From Candidatus Vogelbacteria bacterium (lineage in GTDB: Bacteria; Patescibacteriota; Minisyncoccia; Phycocordibacterales; XYD1-FULL-46-19): a stretch of 64,000 bases of DNA. A model generated the notes under the pieces. The model ran no database searches. It saw only the letters and a program-made list of their open reading frames with translations, and had not been told where the DNA came from. The DNA lies in NCBI GenBank assembly GCA_903864935.1, contig CAIPHT010000006.1, positions 37,129-101,128 of the forward strand, read 5' to 3'. Each line of letters starts with the position of its first letter. Within the stretch, counting starts at the first letter, position 1. The position numbers and the translations under genes are program-made. Positions 1 through 6,077 of the stretch are shown here, one piece after another.

Positions 1-509
1 ATATCAAGACAGGGGAGCAGTCCGTAGCCGGACAAGCCACTGTCTCAATGATTAATTCGGGACTCTTCCAAATTGAGAGTTATGTCCCCGAAATTTATAT
101 TGCTAATTTAAAGGTGGGTAACCAAGCCGAAGTCACCCTTGATGCCTATGGCCCCGAGACCAAATTCTCAGCTCAAGTTATCTCCATTGATCCGGCCGAA
201 ACTCTTCGTGACGGCATCTCCACCTACAAAGTTAAATTACAGTTTTCTAAAGATGATGCGAGAATCAAACCGGGAATGACAGCCAACTTGCTCATTACCG
301 CCCTCAAGAAGCCTAATACGATATCTGTCCCAGCGGCGGCAATTATCACGCGAGGGAGCCAAAAATTTGTTGAAGTGGCCACCGGCACGGAAGGTAAAAA
401 TGTTGAGAAATTAATTACCACTGGCGAATTGGGTGCTCTCGGTCAAACCGAGATCTTAAGTGGGCTCATCACTGGCGATCAAGTTATTCTTAATCCTCAA
501 ACAAAATAA
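1..509 (+). CDS. Efflux periplasmic adaptor (membrane-fusion protein, HlyD/MacA-like), C-terminal part. The gene starts upstream of the window.
   Basis: The frame is open from position 3 with no stop before the ATG at 48. Composition is typical of the adaptor-protein beta-barrel and MP domains. It sits directly upstream of an FtsX permease and ATPase, a macAB-like arrangement. Confidence 0.55.
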   Translation, partial: IKTGEQSVAGQATVSMINSGLFQIESYVPEIYIANLKVGNQAEVTLDAYGPETKFSAQVISIDPAETLRDGISTYKVKLQFSKDDARIKPGMTANLLITALKKPNTISVPAAAIITRGSQKFVEVATGTEGKNVEKLITTGELGALGQTEILSGLITGDQVILNPQTK

Positions 510-511
510 TC

Positions 512-1768
512 ATGTTTTCGGCTCTTAATTACCGCATCGGCTTCTTCCTCGCTGTGCGTCAGATCAGACGGTCAAGCATTTGGACCAATACCCTTATTGT
601 CTCAGTGATGATTCTTACCTTTCTTAACCTGGTGGTGGTATCGGGCATTTTGGTCGGCTTAATTCAAGGCGCCGTTGACGCAGTGCGACTTCATTACACC
701 AGCGACATCATCATCTCCACTCCGACAAGCAAATCATCAATTGAGAACAGCCCCGCCGTTATCGCGGCTTTGGCGGCCGACCCTCGGATCGACAGTTACT
801 CCTCACGCTATCTAGAGGGAGCAACCGTTGAAGCTGGCTACAAAGAACAACACAAAGATAATGAGAAACCCAATATCGCCTCAGCTGGTGTCTCGGGCAT
901 TAATCCGCAAACTGAAGACCGAGTAACTGGGCTCTCGACTTACCTAGTTGAAGGATCATATCTTCTTCCCACTGATTATGACCAAGTTCTTGTTGGTGCT
1001 TATTTGTTAAAAAAATATCTCCCTATCGACAGCCCTGGTTTCTCAACCCTTGAAGGTGTCGCCCCAGGGACGAAGATACGACTCACGCTAAACGGTGTCC
1101 AACGCGAAGTCACCGTTAAGGGAATTATCAAGAGTAAAATCGATGAGATTAATATGCGTATCTTTATGACTGACTCACAACTCCGAAGTCTGGCCGGGCG
1201 AAGCACTTATAACGTCAACGAGATCGCCGTTAAATTAAAGCCTGGGGTTGATCCCAACGCCGTTCGTGATGCGCTTATCGGTCAGGGCCTCTCTCGTGTG
1301 GCCAAAGTCCAGACTTACGCCGACGCTGAACCAAAATTTATTAAAGATATGATTGCCACCTTTGCTCTCTTGGGCAACATGATTAGCTCAATTGGTTTGG
1401 TTGTCGCTTCGATCACCATCTTTATCGTTATCTTTATCAACGCCATTACTAGACGCAAGTTTATTGGGATTCTGAAGGGTATAGGCATCTCCGGTGAAGC
1501 CATTGAGATTTCTTACATCCTCCAATCTTTCTTCTACGCTATTACTGGTTCAATTATCGGCCTTATCATTGTTTATGCTGTCTTACAACCCTTAATTGCC
1601 GCGCACCCTATCAATTTTCCCTTTAGCGATGGTATCTTGGTAGCCCCCTTATCCTCGACCTTCCTCCGAATGAGTCTATTAATTGTCGCCACCATCTTCG
1701 CCGGCTATATACCAGCACGCATGATTGTACGCAAAAATACTTTAGACTCAATTTTAGGTAGAAATTAG
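512..1768 (+). CDS. ABC transporter permease, FtsX/MacB-like, with an N-terminal TM, a large periplasmic domain and a C-terminal TM bundle.
   Basis: 418 aa. N-terminal TM helix, long soluble stretch, then 3 C-terminal TM helices (FtsX topology). It is 3 nt after the adaptor stop and 4 nt before the ATPase. Confidence 0.7.
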   Translation: MFSALNYRIGFFLAVRQIRRSSIWTNTLIVSVMILTFLNLVVVSGILVGLIQGAVDAVRLHYTSDIIISTPTSKSSIENSPAVIAALAADPRIDSYSSRYLEGATVEAGYKEQHKDNEKPNIASAGVSGINPQTEDRVTGLSTYLVEGSYLLPTDYDQVLVGAYLLKKYLPIDSPGFSTLEGVAPGTKIRLTLNGVQREVTVKGIIKSKIDEINMRIFMTDSQLRSLAGRSTYNVNEIAVKLKPGVDPNAVRDALIGQGLSRVAKVQTYADAEPKFIKDMIATFALLGNMISSIGLVVASITIFIVIFINAITRRKFIGILKGIGISGEAIEISYILQSFFYAITGSIIGLIIVYAVLQPLIAAHPINFPFSDGILVAPLSSTFLRMSLLIVATIFAGYIPARMIVRKNTLDSILGRN

Positions 1769-1772
1769 CATT

Positions 1773-2441
1773 ATGATTGAAACAAAGAATTTAAAAAGAT
1801 CTTTTAAGAATGGTGAGGCCGAGACGCTCGTCCTGAAGGGAGTTGACCTGCGTGTCGAGACGGGTGAGTTTGTGGCCATTATGGGCCGTTCAGGGGCCGG
1901 TAAGAGCACCTTAATGTATCAGATCAGCCTCTTAGATGAACCGACCTCGGGCGAAATCAAAATTGACGACGTTGACACTCATCTAATGAGCCCTGAAGAA
2001 AAAACTCAATTCCGTTTACAGAAGCTCGGCTACGTCTTCCAAGATTACGCTTTAATTCCTGAATTAACTGCTCTAGAGAATGTCGTTCTGCCACTTCTTA
2101 TGAGAGGCATGGGCAAGAAAGAAGCTTACCTCTTAGCTGCCGAGTCATTAGAGAAAGTGGGGCTCAGGGATCATATCAAACAACTTCCCAGTCAACTCTC
2201 AGGTGGAGAGCAACAACGCGCGAGCATTGCTCGAGCCATCGCCCACAAACCAGACATTCTCTTTGCTGATGAACCAACTGCCAATCTTGATAATGAATCC
2301 TCTAAGACGGTTATGTCCCTATTTTTAGAACTTCACAAAGAGGGTCAGACCATTGTGATGGTCACTCACGAAGAACAATACGGCAGAATGGCCGAGAAAA
2401 TTATCCGCATCGACGACGGTCAAATAATTGGTATCGAATAA
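1773..2441 (+). CDS. ABC transporter ATP-binding protein (MacB/LolD-type).
   Basis: Walker A GRSGAGKST, ABC signature LSGGEQQR, Walker B ILFADEPT, and an H-loop VTHE. Confidence 0.85.
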   Translation: MIETKNLKRSFKNGEAETLVLKGVDLRVETGEFVAIMGRSGAGKSTLMYQISLLDEPTSGEIKIDDVDTHLMSPEEKTQFRLQKLGYVFQDYALIPELTALENVVLPLLMRGMGKKEAYLLAAESLEKVGLRDHIKQLPSQLSGGEQQRASIARAIAHKPDILFADEPTANLDNESSKTVMSLFLELHKEGQTIVMVTHEEQYGRMAEKIIRIDDGQIIGIE

Positions 2442-2476
2442 CAAAACCCCTTGCCCGAACGATGTCGAGCAAGAGG

Positions 2477-3469
2477 TCAGTAAAAGTAATCCTCCTCTTC
2501 GTCATTTCCTTCATCCTCAGGAACCGGAGGCAGACTCTCAGTTGGGACAACGACGACGGGCTTAGCCGGGAGGGGTGGATATATCTCCACAACCAGATGA
2601 CCATTTTTCTCGTGATTGACACGAAGTTGCAGGTCCTTAACACGCTTCTCAACACTACCCAGCTCTAAAGCCTTAGCTGCTCGCCGATGAGCAAGGGTTG
2701 GCAGGTGATCCCAACCGACAATCTTGGCAAGATGCTCCATGTGGGGGTATTTTGTCCCACCCGGTAAACGTAGGAGTGTCTCGACAACAACGTGCAAGGG
2801 CATCCCTGAATCAGCCAATCTGGCTAGTACCGGCTGAGCGCGTTTAAGCCGAGAGAATCTTTCGAGGGAGCGTCCATCTTGTGGGTAAGTCGACAGGCAC
2901 ATATCAATATACCAGGCCAGATCGTTCATCTGCCCCTGCAATTGCTTGTTTCGATTCAACTCGACCCAGCAAGCATCCCTGACGAACTCTTCGTCTCGGA
3001 GGTCAAAGCAGAAGCGAGCCCCACGAGGAAAATCTTGACGCACATCTTTGGTTTGGAGTTCCTGGCGAGTTCGTCGGTAATAATGTTTGTTAACAGTTAT
3101 ACCGAAGGTCCTATTCTTCCAACCAGAGACAGTTTTCTCGGCCAGCTCGTTTAGCTTAGACCAAACAAGCGGTGCGACAATCCGATACTGTGCCTCAGAA
3201 AGTCGAAAGAGTTTGTGCCGAGTATTCGGTCCAGCATTACTCCGCCGGTATGGTCGAGATCGCCAGAAGCCAATCTCACAAAGCAAGGCCTCGTTTGTCC
3301 TCCCAACTCGAGAATCTAGAGATCTTTCGCCTGGGCCAATTATTGCAATAACACTTAAGGCCCCTTTCGGATTTTCGGCTTGAGAGACAGACCCGTTACT
3401 GTAAATCTCCCACACAAAACGAGCGTGCCGTTGAACTTTAACGATGTCGTCAGCAATCTGCTTAAGCAT
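2477..3469 (-). CDS. Hypothetical protein in a GC-rich island, with an acidic C-terminal tail (EDEGNDEEEDYFY). A central segment weakly resembles wHTH plasmid replication initiators of the Rep_3 type.
   Basis: 330 aa. Perfect SD (gaaaggaggtgaa) 8 nt before the ATG. Local GC is about 52 %, against about 44 % in the flanks. The motif RHKLFRLSEAQYRIVAPLVWSKLNE resembles the Rep_3 N-terminal wHTH pattern; this was aligned by eye only. Confidence 0.45.
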   Translation of the reverse strand: MLKQIADDIVKVQRHARFVWEIYSNGSVSQAENPKGALSVIAIIGPGERSLDSRVGRTNEALLCEIGFWRSRPYRRSNAGPNTRHKLFRLSEAQYRIVAPLVWSKLNELAEKTVSGWKNRTFGITVNKHYYRRTRQELQTKDVRQDFPRGARFCFDLRDEEFVRDACWVELNRNKQLQGQMNDLAWYIDMCLSTYPQDGRSLERFSRLKRAQPVLARLADSGMPLHVVVETLLRLPGGTKYPHMEHLAKIVGWDHLPTLAHRRAAKALELGSVEKRVKDLQLRVNHEKNGHLVVEIYPPLPAKPVVVVPTESLPPVPEDEGNDEEEDYFY

Positions 3470-3590
3470 AATTCACCTCCTTTCGAGAGTGTGTTGTAGT
3501 TCACAAAGACCTAATTTTTCCTACCCCCAACTTACCATAAATTCAATTTTTCTGGCAATGGAAAAGCGCCACCCCAAGGGGCGACGCTTG

Positions 3591-4829
3591 TCAAGAGTCC
3601 AAACTCTTCTCGAGGATATCAAGAAGTTTTTGCTCTGTTGATGGAGACAAAGGAGGATTTGCTCTTATCATTACCTTTGCCTTAGTGACAGAAGAACTTT
3701 TCTTTCTCCCTGTGAAAATCAAGGTGTCTTCGAGGCCTGGCAAGACTAGTTGTTTAGGGAGAAGGCAGGGAACCCTTTTTACCCTAACCATCACACCCCA
3801 GCGATAGTACGGGCCAGACGGCGCAACGTAGTGGCAACACTTTTCTACTGGGCAGAACTGGCAAGGGTCACGATAGCCAACCGGCCAGTCTTCCAGTTTG
3901 AATTTTCGCGATGGAGGGGCTTTAGGAATGACTCTGTCCTCGCAAGAATTCTGAAAGTGATCAGCACATAGGGTGCGAGACAATACCCAAAGAGCAGGAT
4001 TTATCGCTAAATGGTCAAAGCCATTTCCAACCATAAACCATTGCGACCAACGGGCAACCAAGTCCGTTATTGTCTCACTGACTCTAAAGGCAATCTGACC
4101 TTTCCAATGATGCATTGCACCCCGTCCGCCAGGTTCATAGGGTTTAGCCAGAGAAAACTTCACAATCTTGGTTCCCTGAAGCAACCGAAGAGCGTGAAAG
4201 TCGATGGGCAATGGAGTAGCAAACACAGGAATCAAGCCAAAAGTCTGAAGCCAAATCGTAAACAACGAGAAAATCTTGCGTCTAATACCTTTCAAACCTT
4301 TAGATTTGCCGACTTCCCTGTAGTCTACTCGAGAAAAGGCTTCTTCAAAATCCTCAACACAGTTGAAGACATTAAGGACATTCCCGTCCCAGACTTCTTG
4401 AATTACTCGAGCGTTGTGTCTCCACGACCGAGCAAAGTCTCGATACTTTGGCCCCATCTTACCTACACCAATTTCTAAGCCGAGAGCCAATAGAATTTCT
4501 CCAGTTACGTCACTGAACAACTCACAAATTCTCTCCTCGGTCCACGACTCAATAATCCTTCGTGGCTCAAAGAGATCGGGATGAACAAGCGCCATTTGGT
4601 CAAGCCAACGAACAGGATCGTCCGAGACCATGCCTCCACGCATTGTTATCGACGCGAAGAACAGGAAATTCGCTCTGGCCCTTGGGTCTTTGGGCAAATT
4701 GACAAAACGGCTTTCGGGCAAGACAACATCATCAAACACCCCCTCCTTCTTTTCCCACGCTTTTTGAAGGGCGGAGAAAACTCGATAAGCACGAGTCTCG
4801 TCAACGACGATACGGTTTTTCTTTTCCAT
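3591..4829 (-). CDS. Hypothetical protein with a Cys-rich C-terminal region (six Cys, including C-x2-C-x4-CC). First gene of the GC-rich two-gene unit.
   Basis: 412 aa. Its SD (gaaaggaggtgaaaa) is identical to that of the downstream gene. High local GC. I recognise no known family. Confidence 0.45.
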   Translation of the reverse strand: MEKKNRIVVDETRAYRVFSALQKAWEKKEGVFDDVVLPESRFVNLPKDPRARANFLFFASITMRGGMVSDDPVRWLDQMALVHPDLFEPRRIIESWTEERICELFSDVTGEILLALGLEIGVGKMGPKYRDFARSWRHNARVIQEVWDGNVLNVFNCVEDFEEAFSRVDYREVGKSKGLKGIRRKIFSLFTIWLQTFGLIPVFATPLPIDFHALRLLQGTKIVKFSLAKPYEPGGRGAMHHWKGQIAFRVSETITDLVARWSQWFMVGNGFDHLAINPALWVLSRTLCADHFQNSCEDRVIPKAPPSRKFKLEDWPVGYRDPCQFCPVEKCCHYVAPSGPYYRWGVMVRVKRVPCLLPKQLVLPGLEDTLIFTGRKKSSSVTKAKVMIRANPPLSPSTEQKLLDILEKSLDS

Positions 4830-4931
4830 TTTTCACCTCCTTTCGGGTAGGTTGTTGTGGATCACTTGATCCGATTGTAGAGACCTTTCCTTCCTCAAGC
4901 TAACAGATTGCCTGTTATTGTCAAAAACTAA

Positions 4932-4971
4932 GGTAATAAACCATTCACGACCGTGAATGAATTGCTACCTT
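4932..4971 (+). repeat. 40-bp imperfect palindrome, family A copy 1 (ggtaataaaccattcacgaccgtgaatgaattgctacctt).
   Basis: Outer GGTAA..TTACC arms and inner CATTCACG-a-CCGTGAATG arms. Copies at 5557 and 30551. Confidence 0.6.
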
Positions 4972-4997
4972 GATATAAATTATCTATAATTTAAGAA

Positions 4998-5561
4998 ATG
5001 AAAAAGATTTCTAGAATAAATCACAAAGAAGTTATTTTAAGAACTATTGGCCTAGCTGGTTTACTTGCGGTCTCGGCTGTTGCCCCTGGGGTTTTGGTTC
5101 TTTATAAAAAACACAAGAAAATCCAGTATGAAAAACAGTCCAGAAATTATATAAACAGGGCAACGCAAAATCTAATCAAAGATGGTTTTGTCGAAATAAA
5201 AATTAACGAACAGGGAATAAAGTGCCTCCGTCTAACCAATCGTGGTCAAGAAGCCCTAAAGGAATACGCTTTGGCTGGGCTAGAAATCAAAAAACCTTGG
5301 CGTTGGGATCACAAATACCGGGTAATTATCTTCGATATTAAGGAATTTAAACGAGGAACGAGAGACAAACTAAGGCACTGGCTAGAACATCTTGGCTTTG
5401 TTCGCCTACAAAACAGTGTCTGGGTTTATCCCTATGATTGTCGAGAGGTCGTGATCTTACTTAAAGCTAATTTTAAAATAGGGAAAGAAGTCCTATATAT
5501 GACAGTTGATTCTATAGAAAACGATAAGTGGCTCAAGAAAGAATTTGGTCTGGCTAGGTAA
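4998..5561 (+). CDS. Short PaaX-like protein: N-terminal hydrophobic segment, a wHTH, and a Cas2/PaaX-middle-domain-like beta-alpha-beta core.
   Basis: 187 aa. The segment WRWDHKYRVIIFDIKEFKRGTRDKLRHWLEHLGFVRLQNSVWVYP matches the PaaX pattern W.GKW...L...GF.......P and the Cas2-like strand-helix-strand layout. TATAAT lies 7 nt upstream of the ATG with no SD. The gene is flanked by 40-bp palindromes at 4932-4971 and 5557-5596. Confidence 0.5.
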   Translation: MKKISRINHKEVILRTIGLAGLLAVSAVAPGVLVLYKKHKKIQYEKQSRNYINRATQNLIKDGFVEIKINEQGIKCLRLTNRGQEALKEYALAGLEIKKPWRWDHKYRVIIFDIKEFKRGTRDKLRHWLEHLGFVRLQNSVWVYPYDCREVVILLKANFKIGKEVLYMTVDSIENDKWLKKEFGLAR

Positions 5562-5596
5562 CAAACCGTTCACGGTCGTGAATGGTTTACTACCTT
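5557..5596 (+). repeat. 40-bp imperfect palindrome, family A copy 2. Overlaps the stop codon of the PaaX-like gene.
   Basis: ggtaacaaaccgttcacggtcgtgaatggtttactacctt. Confidence 0.6.
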
Positions 5597-5648
5597 TCTT
5601 TTTATTAAGAATTGTGATAATTTGCCAACAGAAAGGAGGTGATTAACA

Positions 5649-5984
5649 ATGTTTTTTAAAAGAAAAGCTGTTTCTGTACAACTTAAAGAGGGTGACGAGA
5701 TCCGGGTTCATAACAAGGGGATGTCTTGGGCCGTCTACTTTTATCGCTTTAACCGTCGCATAGGCGTTTGGGAGGAAATACGTTGTAGGAGCTCATTCCT
5801 TCGAATGGAAGTACCTCTCGGGGGGAGTAAGGAGGACCAAATCGCTGCAGCGAAAGGGGTGGTCGAGACCATCGCCGGATTCGCTGGTTATACCCTCTCC
5901 ACAGGGCCTAGCGAAAGGGTTGGGTGTGAAAGCGATGATCCTATTGTTCATGGTTGGGTAGGGGAACCAGTTTACAGGGTCTAA
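5649..5984 (+). CDS. Hypothetical small protein.
   Basis: 111 aa. Strong SD (gaaaggaggtga) 8 nt upstream. Followed by a rho-independent terminator at 5994-6030. Confidence 0.4.
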   Translation: MFFKRKAVSVQLKEGDEIRVHNKGMSWAVYFYRFNRRIGVWEEIRCRSSFLRMEVPLGGSKEDQIAAAKGVVETIAGFAGYTLSTGPSERVGCESDDPIVHGWVGEPVYRV

Positions 5985-5993
5985 GAGGATGCC

Positions 5994-6030
5994 TCCGGTG
6001 CGCGCTTGCGTGCACCGGGGGATTTTTGTG
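5994..6030 (+). terminator. Rho-independent terminator.
   Basis: CCGGTGC-gcgcttgc-GCACCGG stem followed by gggatttttgtg. Confidence 0.6.
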
Positions 6031-6043
6031 AAAAAACGAAAAA

Positions 6044-6071
6044 TTGAAATCTTCTCATTTCGTGGTAGAAT
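6044..6071 (+). promoter_or_regulatory. Candidate sigma-70 promoter of leuS.
   Basis: TTGAAA, a 16-nt spacer, then TAGAAT. The -10 element ends 6 nt before the leuS ATG at 6078, which suggests a leaderless transcript. Confidence 0.4.
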
Positions 6072-6077
6072 TTGGAA

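Noticed and set aside
3750-4850. Plus-strand ORFs (3750-3971, 4011-4478, 4581-4850) inside the GC-rich island
   Set aside because: Both minus-strand genes have perfect SDs and span the region. The plus-strand frames are short and unsupported.
4998-5561. Interpreting the wHTH/Cas2-like proteins as bona fide CRISPR Cas2
   Set aside because: There is no Cas1, no array and no other cas genes. The motif pattern fits the PaaX family (W.GKW...GF...P) at least as well, and the proteins are twice Cas2 length with an N-terminal wHTH.
6072-6077. TTG start for leuS as in the ORF track
   Set aside because: An ATG two codons downstream (6078) sits 6 nt after a TAGAAT -10 element. The leaderless ATG start is more plausible than a TTG with no SD.
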